In this document: in pieces, positions 11,103-22,318 of the stretch
Numbering within the stretch: position 1 is the first letter of the stretch
Layout of the letters: each line of letters opens with the position of its first letter
DNA from: an uncultured Trueperaceae bacterium
GTDB lineage: Bacteria > Deinococcota > Deinococci > Deinococcales > Trueperaceae
DNA length: 64,000 bases
Direction: 5' to 3'
NCBI GenBank assembly: GCA_963727505.1
Contig: CAVSGP010000009.1
Span: 288,001-352,000, forward strand
Position numbers and translations under genes: made by a program
The notes under the pieces: generated by a model
What the model was told of the DNA's origin: nothing
Seen by the model: only the letters and a program-made list of their open reading frames with translations
The model's database searches: none

Positions 11103-12338
11103 TTACTGGTACAGACCAACCTGATTGGCGATGGCCTGGGCGGCGTTGGCCGCCTGCTCGCTGCTCTGCGAGCTCTCGTAGATGGACATGACTTCGGGGA
11201 ACTGGCTCGAGAACGCTTCCTTGGCCACGGCACCGTGGGCGAGGCTGCCGACGATGGTGTTGTTCTGCCAGTCCTGCGCCGCGGACTTCGAGTAGGCGTT
11301 GTAGAGGCTCAGGTCCGAGTCGAGGCGGGGGCTGATCGAGCCCTTGAGGGGGTTGAAGGTGTCCTGGCCCTGCTTGGAACCCAGCAGCGTCAGCCAGTCC
11401 ATGGTGTTCTGCGGATCGGGCGCGCCCTTGGGAAGTCCGAAGGAGTCGGCCAGCATGTCGAAGGTGCCCTTGGTTCCGGGTGAGGCTTCCCAGCCGAAGC
11501 CCGTTCCGGGCTCCAGCTTCAACGTCGTGGTCATGTAGCCCGCGGCCCAGTCACCCATCACGTTGTAGGCGGCCTGCCCGTTCACCACGCGATCGGTGGC
11601 CTGCTGCCAGGAGAGGCCGGAGGCGTCGCTGTTCGTGCACTCCATGACCTTGCCGAAGGTGTCCCACACCTTGACGGCCTGCGGGTCGGTGAACCGGATC
11701 TTGCCCGACCACAGGTCGTTCCAGCCCTGGGCCCCGAGGGTGGCGATGGCGATCGTCTCCCACAGATGCACCTGCGTCCAGCTCTCGCCCACCACCAGCG
11801 GCGTGACGCCCTGGCTCTTCAGCGCGGGGCACTGAACGAGGAACTCTTCCCAGGACGCGGGCGCCGTGACGCCCCACTTCTGCAGGTTGGCCGGCACGTA
11901 CCACATCACGTTGGCGCGGTGGATGTTGACCGGCACGCTCCAGATCCCGTTCGAGGTGCTGATCAGGTCGATCAGGTTCTGCGGGAAGGCGTCCATCCAG
12001 CCTTGTTGCTGGAACAGCGACGTCAGGTCCTCCATGCGATCGGCAGCGACCCAGGTGCCGATGAGTTCCTGGCCGGCATGGACCTGGAAGCTGTCGGGCG
12101 GGTCGCCGCCGAGCATGCGGGTCTTGAGGACCGCGCGGGCGTTGACGCCGGAGCCGCCCGTGACCGTGGCGTTGATGACCTCGACGCCGGGATGCTGCTG
12201 CTTGTAGAGATCGATCAGCGCCTGCAAGGCGGGTGCTTCGTCGCCCGCCCACCAGGAGAAGATCTCGAGCTTGCCCTGTGCTTGCGCCATGCCGGCCAGC
12301 AGGCCCAGCATGGCCACGAGTGCCAGTAGCCTCTTCAT
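11103..12338 (-). CDS. Glucose/sugar ABC transporter substrate-binding protein
   Basis: Signal peptide; [68 protein letters not shown]: pattern of Thermus-type glucose-binding proteins. Confidence 0.9.
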   Translation of the reverse strand: MKRLLALVAMLGLLAGMAQAQGKLEIFSWWAGDEAPALQALIDLYKQQHPGVEVINATVTGGSGVNARAVLKTRMLGGDPPDSFQVHAGQELIGTWVAADRMEDLTSLFQQQGWMDAFPQNLIDLISTSNGIWSVPVNIHRANVMWYVPANLQKWGVTAPASWEEFLVQCPALKSQGVTPLVVGESWTQVHLWETIAIATLGAQGWNDLWSGKIRFTDPQAVKVWDTFGKVMECTNSDASGLSWQQATDRVVNGQAAYNVMGDWAAGYMTTTLKLEPGTGFGWEASPGTKGTFDMLADSFGLPKGAPDPQNTMDWLTLLGSKQGQDTFNPLKGSISPRLDSDLSLYNAYSKSAAQDWQNNTIVGSLAHGAVAKEAFSSQFPEVMSIYESSQSSEQAANAAQAIANQVGLYQ

Positions 12339-12612
12339 TTGGGTCCCTTCCTCCTAAGGATGGATCTTCCGTTGTGGCTGTTTCGCTAGAGATGCGATGG
12401 TCTGACGAGCGTCACCTCCCTGACGGACGGTCAGCCGATCCGTCGATGCTCTGGGCCCACCTCGCATGGACCCTCGACCCGACGCCCCTGTGCCGGATGC
12501 GAGGAAGTCCCCCCGTCTCGACTTCCCAGCTCCAGCGGCTTGTCGTCCAGCATAGCGCCGGTGATGGGGACGGCATAGGACAGATGTCCATGCCCGACGG
12601 TAGACTGACGGC

Positions 12613-14997
12613 GTGGCGACCGTGTCCGAGATGCGCGATCGTTTGCGGCGGCCGTTGGCGCTGGAGCTACGCAGCGGCTGCCGCGACGACGTGGTCGTGG
12701 GCGGTCTCGAACGTCTCGCCGAAGGCCTGGCGCGCCCGTTCGCGGGGGTCGGAGCGCTCCTCGAAGGTTATGGAGGACTGGCGCCTGAGGCGCGGCGCTC
12801 CCGGCTGGAACAGGCTCTGGCCCTCCTGGAGGGGGGCGGGGCCGTACATCGGCGGCCCGCAGCCGAACCGGCGCAGCGTGCAGGCGGCCCGCGTGACGGC
12901 GCCGGGCGCCGGGCGGCCCCGGAGCATGCCGAACGCCTTCCCACCGACGCGCTCGATCGGGATCTGGCGGATCGATGGATCGACGTGGGCGCCCAGGCGC
13001 CCAGGAAGCTGGCCGACGTCGGCGTGCGCACCTACCGTGACTTGCTCTGGGCCTTGCCACGGCGCTACGAGGACCGCCGTGCCCTGCCCCACTTCGCCGC
13101 CCTCGAGGGCGATGAGGTCGCCACCGTGACGGCTACCGTCGTCAGCCGCAAGGGGATGCGCAGCCGGCGTGGCATGCACGTCCTTCGTGCGCTTCTCGAG
13201 GACGCCCGTGGCCAGCGCGCCACCGCTGTCTGGTTCAACCAGCCATGGGTCGAGAACCAGCTCTTCCCGGGTCAGCGGCTGATCCTGGGAGGCAAGGTGA
13301 AGCGCAAGGGGCGCAGCCTCGAGATCAACGTGACGGGGTTCGAGGTCGACGAGGAGGGGGAGAGTCTCTCGTTCGGGCGCATCGTGGCGATCTACCGCGG
13401 CACGCAGGGTCTGAGTCAGGCCTACCAGCGCCGCGCCACCCACCGCCTGCTCGCGGCGCTCCCACCGCTGCCGGACCACCTGCCGCGTTCGCTGCTCGAG
13501 CGCGAGGAGCTCGTCTCGCTCGACCGCGCCCTGCGCGATGTGCACTTCCCGCCCTCCGAGGAGGCGCTCCAACGCGCGGTGCGGCGCCTGAAGTTCGACG
13601 ACTTCCTCTTCCTCGAGCTGGCCGTGCTGCGCAGCCGCGACGCCTCGCTCGTCGGCCGCAGCTTCCGGGCCGGCGACGACGACGTGCGACCCTTCCTGGA
13701 GAGCCTGCCGTTCGCCCTCACCGGCGCGCAGGAACGCGCCCTGGCGGAGATCTTGCAGGACATGCGCGAGCCGCGCCAGATGGCCCGGCTGCTGCAGGGC
13801 GACGTCGGCTCGGGGAAGACGGCGGTGGCCGCGGCCGCCGTCCACGTCGCCATCCGCAACGGAACGCAGGCCGCGCTGATGGCGCCCACCGAGATCCTGG
13901 CGCGCCAGCACTACATCAACTTGCGCAGCTATCTCTTCCCGCTCGGTGTCCGGAGTGAGTTGCTCACCGGGGCCATGAGCGCCCGCGAGCGGCGCGAGGC
14001 GCGTGCGCGGCTCGCCTCGGGCGAGGCCGACCTCGCCGTCGGCACGCAAGCACTCATCCAGGAGGGCGTGCAGTTCGCCGATCTCGGGCTGGCCATCGTC
14101 GACGAGGAGCACCGTTTCGGCGTGGCGCAGCGACGCAAGCTGCTGCAGGGCTTGCCCGACGTGCTGGTGATGAGCGCCACCCCGATCCCGCGCTCCCTGG
14201 CCCTCACCTACTACGGTGACCTCGAGCTGAGCGTGATCGACGAGTTGCCGCCGGGCCGCAAGCCGGTCGAGACGCGACTGGTGAACGCCAGTCGCCGGCG
14301 TGAGGTCTACCATTTCGCGTGGGACGAGATCCGCAAGGGACGGCAGGTCTACGTGGTCACACCGTTGGTCGAGGAGAGCGAGGCTCTCGAGGAGATCGTC
14401 TCCACCACCGGGCTGGCGGAGGATCTGCGTCAGTTGATGCCCGAGGCGTGCCGCATCGGCATGCTGCACGGCCGCATGCCGGGCGACGAGAAGGACGCCA
14501 TCATGGAGCGCTTCCGGCAACACGCGTTCGACATGCTGGTCTCCACGACGGTCGTCGAGGTAGGCGTCGACATCCCCAACGCGACCGTCATGATCGTGGA
14601 GAACGCCGAGCGCTTCGGCCTGTCGCAGCTTCACCAGCTCCGGGGACGGGTGGGGCGTGGTGAGGAAGCGAGCACCTGCGTGCTGGTTGCGGGCGAGAGG
14701 AGCCGGAAGACGCACAAGCGCCTGCAGATCGTCGCCAAGAACGCCGACGGCTTCAAGATCGCCGAGTACGACCTGCAACTCCGCGGGCCGGGGGAACTGC
14801 GCGGGACACGGCAGTCGGGGCTGCCCGACCTGTCGATCGGCGATCTGACCACCGACGGCACGATCATCGAGAGGGCTCGGGAACTTGCGCAACGCATGTT
14901 GGCCGAGGATCCGGCGCTCGAGGCGCCATGGGCCGTCCGACTTCGTGACGAGTTGCGACGTCGGAGCGGTGCGCTCGCGTTCCGGGAGGTCATATGA
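12613..14997 (+). CDS. recG: ATP-dependent DNA helicase RecG
   Basis: [74 protein letters not shown] 6 nt upstream of GTG. Confidence 0.97.
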   Translation: MATVSEMRDRLRRPLALELRSGCRDDVVVGGLERLAEGLARPFAGVGALLEGYGGLAPEARRSRLEQALALLEGGGAVHRRPAAEPAQRAGGPRDGAGRRAAPEHAERLPTDALDRDLADRWIDVGAQAPRKLADVGVRTYRDLLWALPRRYEDRRALPHFAALEGDEVATVTATVVSRKGMRSRRGMHVLRALLEDARGQRATAVWFNQPWVENQLFPGQRLILGGKVKRKGRSLEINVTGFEVDEEGESLSFGRIVAIYRGTQGLSQAYQRRATHRLLAALPPLPDHLPRSLLEREELVSLDRALRDVHFPPSEEALQRAVRRLKFDDFLFLELAVLRSRDASLVGRSFRAGDDDVRPFLESLPFALTGAQERALAEILQDMREPRQMARLLQGDVGSGKTAVAAAAVHVAIRNGTQAALMAPTEILARQHYINLRSYLFPLGVRSELLTGAMSARERREARARLASGEADLAVGTQALIQEGVQFADLGLAIVDEEHRFGVAQRRKLLQGLPDVLVMSATPIPRSLALTYYGDLELSVIDELPPGRKPVETRLVNASRRREVYHFAWDEIRKGRQVYVVTPLVEESEALEEIVSTTGLAEDLRQLMPEACRIGMLHGRMPGDEKDAIMERFRQHAFDMLVSTTVVEVGVDIPNATVMIVENAERFGLSQLHQLRGRVGRGEEASTCVLVAGERSRKTHKRLQIVAKNADGFKIAEYDLQLRGPGELRGTRQSGLPDLSIGDLTTDGTIIERARELAQRMLAEDPALEAPWAVRLRDELRRRSGALAFREVI

Positions 14998-15488
14998 GCG
15001 TGCTCACGCGCTTGCTCGGCTGGCTGCTGCTGGGGGGCCTCGTCGTCGGGGTGGTCCTGCGCCTCCGTTTGGGAAGGCGCCGCTTCCGGCCCCTGGTGTC
15101 GATCCTGGTGATCGTCCCCGCCGTCGTCCATGCTGCATACGTCGTGATGCAGGCGCTCGGGCACGGGGCGTTCGTGCTCGGTTCGGTGGCTTTCCTGGTC
15201 GGGGCGACCGTGGTGGTCGGTGCGGGCTGGCTTGCCGGCCGGCACTGGGCGGCGAGCCGGCCGCTGTTGGCGGCGCTTGCGCCGGCCGCGACGGCCGTCG
15301 TCTACGGGCTGCTCCCCTTCGCGCTGTACTCCTGGACGCTGCGGCGGGCGTCGATCGACCTGGACATCGTGCCGACGGCCGCCTATGTGGCCGCCTGCGT
15401 GTTCGGCACGGCTCTCCTGCTGCCGTTCGTGCCGGGCTCGGGCGGCTCCGCCGGCGGCTGGTTGCGCCGCTTCGTCCGGCGCCGATGA
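14994..15488 (+). CDS. Hypothetical membrane protein (about 5 TM)
   Basis: Overlaps recG stop (ATGA); several hydrophobic segments. Confidence 0.7.
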   Translation: MSVLTRLLGWLLLGGLVVGVVLRLRLGRRRFRPLVSILVIVPAVVHAAYVVMQALGHGAFVLGSVAFLVGATVVVGAGWLAGRHWAASRPLLAALAPAATAVVYGLLPFALYSWTLRRASIDLDIVPTAAYVAACVFGTALLLPFVPGSGGSAGGWLRRFVRRR

Positions 15489-15532
15489 GCACCGTCTGCG
15501 AGGGCGCTCCCGGGGTCTGCTAGACTGCAGAT

Positions 15533-16492
15533 GTGCAGCGTCGCACGTTCCCTGCCTGCGGTCGGTGGTCGCTGGTCGCCCTGGCTCTCGCCACGCTCCT
15601 CGCGTTGGCGGGGTGCGCGCCCGGTACCGCCATCAAGCGATCGCATCCGCTCGGCGAGATCCAGCCCCCCACCTTCCAGCTCGTACCCGGGCAGACCAGC
15701 ATCGAGCGTTTCGACCCTCCCGGCGCCGGCGCCGGGCTATCGATGACGGTGGGTACGCTGGTGCGCAATCCCAACGGCTTCCCGGTACGGCTCACCTCGG
15801 TGCAGTACAGCGTGCTGCTGCAAGGAGACACGGTCTCGAAAGGCACGATGAGCCCGTCGCTCTACCTCGAACCGGGGGCGACGGCGCCGCTGCGCTTCCC
15901 GATCCACAGTGACCTGACGGGCAAGGGCAGTCTGTTGCGCGCGGTGGTGCGCGCGTTCGCCGACACGCCGCTACCGTTTCGCATCGAAGGCACGCTGCGC
16001 TTCAGCTCTTCGAGCTACGGCTTCGAGACCCGCAAGAGCGTGCTGGTGTCGGGCGCCACGCTGGCCAGGCAGACGGTGGCTCCGCCCCGCCTGCGGCTCG
16101 ACGAGGCGGCGAGCCGTGTCTTCACGTTGCGCCCCGGCGTGCCGGTCGTGCAGGTGGTGGTCAAGGCGACCAACCCGGGGGATATCGGCTACTTCCTCTA
16201 CGGCAAGGACCTCGATCTGACCCTCGCCGGGCAGACCATGGCGCGCGAGGACATGCGCCCGGTTCCGCTGGCGGCGGGGCAGGAGGGGCGCATCGACCTG
16301 GTGTTCTACCCCGACCCGAAGAAGCTCTCGGCGGACGCCGACGCGGCGCTGCAGGCCGCGTTGCAGGGCATCCCCACGCTACTGCGGGTGAAGGGAACCC
16401 TCACCATGGACGTGCTCGGCGTCGACTCCTTCACGGTGCCGCCGGATTGGGAGATCGCCGGCTTCGTCTCGGCGCCGTCCTCGACACACTGA
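15533..16492 (+). CDS. Lipoprotein with tandem LEA_2/WHy domains
   Basis: Lipobox LAGC; VRNPNGFPVRLTSVQY and a second ATNPGDI repeat; TAGACT 6 nt upstream of GTG. Confidence 0.8.
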   Translation: MQRRTFPACGRWSLVALALATLLALAGCAPGTAIKRSHPLGEIQPPTFQLVPGQTSIERFDPPGAGAGLSMTVGTLVRNPNGFPVRLTSVQYSVLLQGDTVSKGTMSPSLYLEPGATAPLRFPIHSDLTGKGSLLRAVVRAFADTPLPFRIEGTLRFSSSSYGFETRKSVLVSGATLARQTVAPPRLRLDEAASRVFTLRPGVPVVQVVVKATNPGDIGYFLYGKDLDLTLAGQTMAREDMRPVPLAAGQEGRIDLVFYPDPKKLSADADAALQAALQGIPTLLRVKGTLTMDVLGVDSFTVPPDWEIAGFVSAPSSTH

Positions 16493-16521
16493 GCGAGCCC
16501 TCCCATGCTATCCTCCGCCGT

Positions 16522-18093
16522 ATGGCTAGAATCCTTGTCACCGACACCATCCAGCTGGGTGACACCGACTATCCGGAGATGGAGGTCGTCGACCGGGCGG
16601 GCATCACGCGTGAAGAACTCCTGAAGATCGTCGGGTCCTTCGACGCGATCATCACGCGGAGCCGCACCAAGGTCGACGACGAGCTGATCCGGGCGGCCGG
16701 CAAGCTTCGGGTCATCGGACGGGGCGGCGTTGGCGTCGACAACATCGATCTCGAGTCGGCGAGCCGCCGCGGGATCCTGGTCGTCAACGCTCCGGAGGCG
16801 AACAACGTGTCGGCGGCGGAGCTGGCCATCGCCCTGATGCTGAACGCCGCGCGCGGCGTGGCGCGCGCCGACCGGCTCATCCGCTCGGGCACGTGGGACC
16901 GCAAGTTCCTGGGCCGCGAGCTCAAGGGCGCGCGCCTCGGTATCGTCGGGCTCGGCCGGATCGGCTCGCTCGTGTCCAAGCGCGCGCAGGGACTCGGGAT
17001 GACGGTGATGGCGTACGACCCCTACATCACGCGGCGGCGCGCCGAGGATCTGAAGGTCGAACTGTTCGACGACCTGCACGCCATGCTGGCGCGCTCCGAC
17101 TTCCTGACCGTCCACACGCCGCTGACCGAGGAGACCGAGGGCATCATCGGCGCGGACGAGCTTCGCCGCATGCCGGAGGGCGCCGTCGTGGTCAACGCCG
17201 CGCGCGGCGGGATCATCCAGGAAGATGCCCTGCTCGAGGCGCTCGACGCCGGTCATCTGTTCGGGGTGGGTCTCGACGTGTACGTCTCCGAGCCTCCCGA
17301 TCCCTCGCTGGCGCTGTTCCGGCGCGACAACGTGGTGTTGAGCGCGCACCTGGGCGCGAACACCGCCGAGGCGCAGGCCCGCATCGGCGCCGAGATCCTG
17401 GAGCGCACGGTCCTGGCGCTCAACGGTGATTATTCGCACGGCGTTGTGAACGCGCCCGCGCTCGCGCCCGAGGTGATGAGCGCGCTGGGCAAGCATCTGG
17501 AGCTCGGTGAGATCCTGGGTCGCACCGCCTCTCAACTGAGCCGCGGACGCGTCAAGGAGCTCGAGGTGGAGTTCGCCGGCGCCTTCCCGATCGACCCGGA
17601 CCCGGTGGCCACCGCAGTGACCAAGGGGTTCCTGGAACCGATCCTGGACGAGCCGCCCAACTACATCAACGCACCCTCGATCGCGCGCGATCGTGACATC
17701 CGCGTCTCGCGTGTCACCGCCTCTCGCAGTCGCGGCTACACGACCCATGTGCTGGTCACAGCGGTGACCTCCGAGGGGCGGACCAGCGTGGCCGGCACGG
17801 TCCTGGCCGAGCAGCCGCGCATCGTGGAGATCGACGAGTACCCCATCGAGATCAAGCCGGAGGGCACCATGCTGGTGTGCACCAACTACGACCGCCCCGG
17901 CGCGGTCGGGCGGGTCGGAACCGTGCTGGGCGATTCGGGCGTGAACATCAACAGCATGCAGCTGTCGCGCACCAGTGAGGACGGGCTGGCGATGTTCGTC
18001 CTCACCCTCGACCAGGCCCCCTCCGAACAGGTTCTCGACGTGCTGCGCAACCTTGGTGACGTGATCCGTAGCCTGCGCCTGGTACGGCTCTAG
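16522..18093 (+). CDS. serA: D-3-phosphoglycerate dehydrogenase (ASB and ACT domains)
   Basis: RSRTKV, GRGGVGVDNID, GLGRIG, HTPLT, NAARGG, HLGANTAEAQ, NYDRPG ACT domain. Confidence 0.96.
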   Translation: MARILVTDTIQLGDTDYPEMEVVDRAGITREELLKIVGSFDAIITRSRTKVDDELIRAAGKLRVIGRGGVGVDNIDLESASRRGILVVNAPEANNVSAAELAIALMLNAARGVARADRLIRSGTWDRKFLGRELKGARLGIVGLGRIGSLVSKRAQGLGMTVMAYDPYITRRRAEDLKVELFDDLHAMLARSDFLTVHTPLTEETEGIIGADELRRMPEGAVVVNAARGGIIQEDALLEALDAGHLFGVGLDVYVSEPPDPSLALFRRDNVVLSAHLGANTAEAQARIGAEILERTVLALNGDYSHGVVNAPALAPEVMSALGKHLELGEILGRTASQLSRGRVKELEVEFAGAFPIDPDPVATAVTKGFLEPILDEPPNYINAPSIARDRDIRVSRVTASRSRGYTTHVLVTAVTSEGRTSVAGTVLAEQPRIVEIDEYPIEIKPEGTMLVCTNYDRPGAVGRVGTVLGDSGVNINSMQLSRTSEDGLAMFVLTLDQAPSEQVLDVLRNLGDVIRSLRLVRL

Positions 18094-18095
18094 CG

Positions 18096-19256
18096 ATGGG
18101 GATGGTCAAGCCCCGCCTCCTCGCGCCGGGACCCGTGGAGGTCCCGCCCGCCGTGCTGGAGGCCATGGCGCGCCCGGTCGTGCACCACCGCAGTGGGCCG
18201 TTCAAGGAGCTCTTCGCCGGCGTACGCTCGCGCCTGGCCGAGGTGGCCATGGTGCCGGGCGAAGAGGTTCTCGTGGTGACGGGGAGCGGCACCGCCGGCT
18301 TCGAGGCGGCGCTGCTCGCCAGCGTGCCCGCAGGCGGGAGTGTGCTCAGCCTGCAGGCTGGCAAGTTCGGCGAGCGCTGGGCCAGCATGGGCCGGCGGTT
18401 CGGCTTCCGGGTGATCGTCTTGGAGGAGGCGTGGGGCCGCGCGCTCGATCCGGAACGGGTGCGCGACGCGCTGCGCGCCGAGCCGCGGGTGGCCGCCGTC
18501 ACCACCACCCACTCCGAGACCTCGACCGGTGTGCTGCACGACGTCGAACGGATCGCGGCGGTGGTCCGGGAGGAGGCCCCGGACGCCCTCATGGTGGTCG
18601 ATGCCGTCACGAGCCTCGCCGCGGCCGAGCTCCGGCCCCGGGCGTGGGATCTCGACGTGGTGGTATCCGGTTCGCAGAAGGGGCTGATGGTGCCGCCTGG
18701 ATTGGCGTTCGCGTACTTGTCCGAGCGTGCATGGCAGCGTAGCGACGAGCTGGCCCGTCGTGGCGGGCTGGTCCCCGGTTACTACCTCGACTTGCGCCGG
18801 GAGCGCGAGCGGCAGGCACAGGCCCAGACGGCCACCACGCCGGCGGTGAGCCTGGTCGCAGGGCTCGACGTGGCGCTGCGCATGCTGCTCGACGAGGGTG
18901 TCGAGGCGGTGTGGCGGCGCCGTGAGGTGCTGAACGAGGCGCTGCTGCGTGCCGGCGAGGCGATCGGCTTCGGCCGCTACGCCGAGCGGCCGAGTCCGGC
19001 CGTGGCTGCCTTGCGGACCCCGGAGGGGGTCGACGCTCCGGAGGTCGTCCGCCTGCTGGCGGACGCCGGCATCCGGATCGGGGCCGGGCAGGATGACGCC
19101 AAACCCCACCTGATCCGCCCCAGCGTCCTCGGCTACGCCGATCGCTTCGACGTGATCACGTTGGCGGCCGCCCTCGAGGATGCCCTCCGCGCCCTCGGAC
19201 GCGATGTGCCCTTCGGGCGGGGGACGGGCGCGGCGCTCGAGGCGCTGGTGGGATGA
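18096..19256 (+). CDS. Class V PLP aminotransferase (serine-pyruvate/AGT family)
   Basis: LLAPGP, HHRS, GSGT, GKFGERW, HSETSTGV, VDAVTS, SGSQKGLMVPPGL. Confidence 0.92.
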   Translation: MGMVKPRLLAPGPVEVPPAVLEAMARPVVHHRSGPFKELFAGVRSRLAEVAMVPGEEVLVVTGSGTAGFEAALLASVPAGGSVLSLQAGKFGERWASMGRRFGFRVIVLEEAWGRALDPERVRDALRAEPRVAAVTTTHSETSTGVLHDVERIAAVVREEAPDALMVVDAVTSLAAAELRPRAWDLDVVVSGSQKGLMVPPGLAFAYLSERAWQRSDELARRGGLVPGYYLDLRRERERQAQAQTATTPAVSLVAGLDVALRMLLDEGVEAVWRRREVLNEALLRAGEAIGFGRYAERPSPAVAALRTPEGVDAPEVVRLLADAGIRIGAGQDDAKPHLIRPSVLGYADRFDVITLAAALEDALRALGRDVPFGRGTGAALEALVG

Positions 19257-19816
19257 CGGAGGTGGTGCTGGTACGTCACGCCTCCTCGCGCCCCCAGGCC
19301 GATGTGCCCGCATCGCGGTGGAGGCTTCGGGAGGGCGCGAGCGAGAGCATCCGGACGCTGGCCAGCCGCCTGCAACCGCTCGAGCTCGACCTCGTGGTGG
19401 CCAGCATCGAGCCGAAAGCCGTCGCCACCGGCCGGGGCCTCGCCCGACACCTCGAGCTGCCGTTCGCGTCCGCGCCGCGGCTGCACGAGCACGAGCGCGG
19501 CAACCTGCCGCTGCTCGGCGAGGACGCCTGGCAGGGCACCTTGCGGCGCTTCTTCCGTCATCCCGACGTGCTGGTGTTCGGTCGCGAGACCGCCACGGAG
19601 GCCCGGGAGCGCTTCCGCGACGGCCTGCAGGCTGCGCTCGAGCGCAACCCTGGCGCACGCCCGGCGGTCGTCGCGCACGGCACGGTCATGAGCCTGTTGG
19701 TAGCGGGCCCGAGTGGCCTCGACCCGTACGAGCTGTGGCGCAACCTGCAGATGCCGGAAGCCTGGGTGGTGCGCTGGCCCGAGATGACGCTCCAGCGCCG
19801 TATCGCCGCATCGTGA
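19253..19816 (+). CDS. Histidine phosphatase family protein
   Basis: LVRHA (RHG variant), LHEHERG, VVAHG. Confidence 0.82.
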   Translation: MTEVVLVRHASSRPQADVPASRWRLREGASESIRTLASRLQPLELDLVVASIEPKAVATGRGLARHLELPFASAPRLHEHERGNLPLLGEDAWQGTLRRFFRHPDVLVFGRETATEARERFRDGLQAALERNPGARPAVVAHGTVMSLLVAGPSGLDPYELWRNLQMPEAWVVRWPEMTLQRRIAAS

Positions 19817-19829
19817 GGATGAGGCGGGC

Positions 19830-20609
19830 TCAACCGGTGAGGCGCTTCCAGCGCCACCACATGCGCAGCAGCCCGCCCTGCCGGTCCATCTCGAACGCCC
19901 CGAAGTCGCCGTCGAAGCGCCGCGCCACGCGGTAGCGGGGCTCGTAGCGCGTGCGGAACACCGCGTCGCCGTCATCGCTGCCGCTGAACCCGCGCTCCGC
20001 CCGGGACCCGAGGCGCGCCGCCGCCTGCTCCGGCGAGCGGTAGGGATAGTGCTTGAGGATCGGCATACGCCGGTAGGGCAGGACGCCAACGCCGCGCGGG
20101 AACACGCGCCCGTGCTCGCCGGGACGGTAGCGGGCGCCCGCACGGTCGCGGAACTGACGCACCTCCACCCAGAACGGCGAGTACCAGCGGACACGCTCTT
20201 GCACCGGCACCTCCAGATCGACCGGGCGGTCGTCGGGGTGGAGGAAGAACTGCATCACCGCCCAGTTGACGATGCGGGCCCCCTGCCGCTCGGCGTCGAC
20301 GGACACGGCGCGCGGGTCGTCGTGGAAGATCTCGTCAGCGTGCATCAGCGTGTACCAGTGGCCCGGGCCATAGCGTTGGCGAGCCACGTCGAGGAGCGCC
20401 TGCCGGTGGTAGTCGCGCACCCGGGTGCCGGGAGCCACGTCCGCGTCGCGCAGCAGCAGTGCGACCGCGGGGTGGGCCGCCAGGCGCTCGGCGGTACCGT
20501 CGTCCGAGCCATCCAGCGCCAGGATGGCGTCGACCCCGCCGGCGTTGGCCTCCAGCATCTCGTCGATGATGTCGACCTCGTTATAGGTGAGGAGGAGCCC
20601 GATGTTCAC
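19830..20609 (-). CDS. Glycosyltransferase family 2-like protein
   Basis: LLTYNEVDII, LDGSDDGT, MHADE, KHYPYRSPEQ; GTG start overlaps upstream stop. Confidence 0.78.
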   Translation of the reverse strand: MNIGLLLTYNEVDIIDEMLEANAGGVDAILALDGSDDGTAERLAAHPAVALLLRDADVAPGTRVRDYHRQALLDVARQRYGPGHWYTLMHADEIFHDDPRAVSVDAERQGARIVNWAVMQFFLHPDDRPVDLEVPVQERVRWYSPFWVEVRQFRDRAGARYRPGEHGRVFPRGVGVLPYRRMPILKHYPYRSPEQAAARLGSRAERGFSGSDDGDAVFRTRYEPRYRVARRFDGDFGAFEMDRQGGLLRMWWRWKRLTG

Positions 20610-22318
20610 GCCGCAGAGCCCGGAGAGGGTCGGGACGCGAGCGAACTCGACAGCGTCCCTTCGTTGAGATGGAGCGTCCGGTCCGCGGCTCGCACGATGG
20701 CGGGCCGGTGCGCGACTGCGACCACGAGGCGTTCGTGCGCCTGTTCCTGAAGCATCGCAACGAGGCCCGCCTCGCTCGTCTCGTCGAGGCTCGAAGTGGG
20801 CTCGTCCAGCAACAACACCCGGGGTTGCGTGAGCAGTGCGCGGGCCATGGCAAGTCGCTGCCGCTGGCCGCCCGACAAACCGGCACCGTCCTCGAGGAGT
20901 TCGTGATCGAGGCCGCGCGGGAGACGGCGCACCATCTCTGCCAACCCGACCGCCTCCAACGCCCCCCACAAGGCGTCGTCGTGCAACGCGCGACCCATGA
21001 GGAGGCTCTGGCGCAGCGGTCCGGACAGCACCTCGTGGGCCTGCGGAACGTAACTGACGCGTGAGCGCAGAACGCTCTCGGGAAGGCCATCGAGCGCTTC
21101 GCCATCGAGCCAGATGCAGCCCTGAACGGGCCGGAGGAATCCGAGGAGGAGTCGGAGAAGGGTGGTCTTGCCGGTGCCGCTCTCGCCGGTGACGGCTACG
21201 AGACCGCGCTCGGGCAGGGTCGCGTCGATGCCTTCGAGGATCCAGGGACCGCCCGGGTAGGCGAAGGAGATACCGTCGAGCTCGAGCCCCCGGTCGTACC
21301 GGGCTCCGGCGCACGATCGCTCCGAGACCTGGGGCCGGGCCCCGTCGGCGTCCGCCAGCACGCGAAGTCGTTTGTCCGCCGCACGCGCCTCACGCAACAG
21401 CGCATAGCCCTTGGGCAAGAGCTGCGACGGTGTGGACAGGAGGGCGACCAGCGTGACGAACGAGACCAACTGCCCCGCGGACATGACCCCGCGTTGGACA
21501 CTGCCCGCGAGAAGGACGACGAGGAGGCCCACGGCTGCGAACAGCAGGATCTGGGTGATGGGGATCTGCACCCCGGAGATGAGACTCCGCTGCGCCATCG
21601 CGCGGGCGGTGCGGCGGTTCTCCGGTTCGAATCTCTCCAACATCATCGATTCGGCGTCGAAGGCGCGTACCGTTTCGTGGTGCTTGAGCCCCTCCTGGAT
21701 GTGACGCCCCAGCGCCTCGGTGCCGATCTGCGACCGTTCGGCCACCCGCTCCAGCGCTCCGCCCACCCACCGGAGCACCAGCAACGTCGGGAGCCCGAAG
21801 GCGACCAGCAGCAAGGAAGCGCTTCCGTTGGTCCGGAACAGGTACGCCAGGATGGCCAGAACCGTGCCAGATTCGGCCACCAGGGTGCCGATGCCGAAGT
21901 GGAAGTAGGTCTCGATCTCGCGCAGGTCGGTCAGGATCCTGCTGGCGAGGCCGCCGCTGCTTCCCGGCAGGGCGCCCGGTGGTCGGAGCAACAGGCGGCG
22001 GTACAGTCCGCTTCGCCACGATCGGGTGACGTACGCCGCCGAGCGGCCGAGGAGAGCGTCCTGGGCCCAGAGCGCCACGGCTCCGATGAAGGCCACTGTC
22101 CCGGCGGTGACCAGGATCAGGGGCATGCGAGAGAGATCGTGCTTGTTGACGACCTGATCGAAGATCGGCGTCACGAAGGCAGGGATGATGGCGACCCGCA
22201 AGGCTGCACCGATGAGAGCCGCCGTCATCCCGGTGATCGCACCCGGCGTCGTCGGCAGCAGCAACGACGGCAGCTCCGCCGGCCTGCGGGGGCCCCCGTC
22301 GACGCGCGGGCGCTTCAC
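20606..22318 (-). CDS. MsbA-like ABC exporter (fused TMD and NBD)
   Basis: TM domain, then GESGTGKTT, LSGGQRQRLAMARALL, LLLDEPTSSLD, AHR; lies in the lpx cluster. Confidence 0.85.
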   Translation of the reverse strand: MKRPRVDGGPRRPAELPSLLLPTTPGAITGMTAALIGAALRVAIIPAFVTPIFDQVVNKHDLSRMPLILVTAGTVAFIGAVALWAQDALLGRSAAYVTRSWRSGLYRRLLLRPPGALPGSSGGLASRILTDLREIETYFHFGIGTLVAESGTVLAILAYLFRTNGSASLLLVAFGLPTLLVLRWVGGALERVAERSQIGTEALGRHIQEGLKHHETVRAFDAESMMLERFEPENRRTARAMAQRSLISGVQIPITQILLFAAVGLLVVLLAGSVQRGVMSAGQLVSFVTLVALLSTPSQLLPKGYALLREARAADKRLRVLADADGARPQVSERSCAGARYDRGLELDGISFAYPGGPWILEGIDATLPERGLVAVTGESGTGKTTLLRLLLGFLRPVQGCIWLDGEALDGLPESVLRSRVSYVPQAHEVLSGPLRQSLLMGRALHDDALWGALEAVGLAEMVRRLPRGLDHELLEDGAGLSGGQRQRLAMARALLTQPRVLLLDEPTSSLDETSEAGLVAMLQEQAHERLVVAVAHRPAIVRAADRTLHLNEGTLSSSLASRPSPGSAA

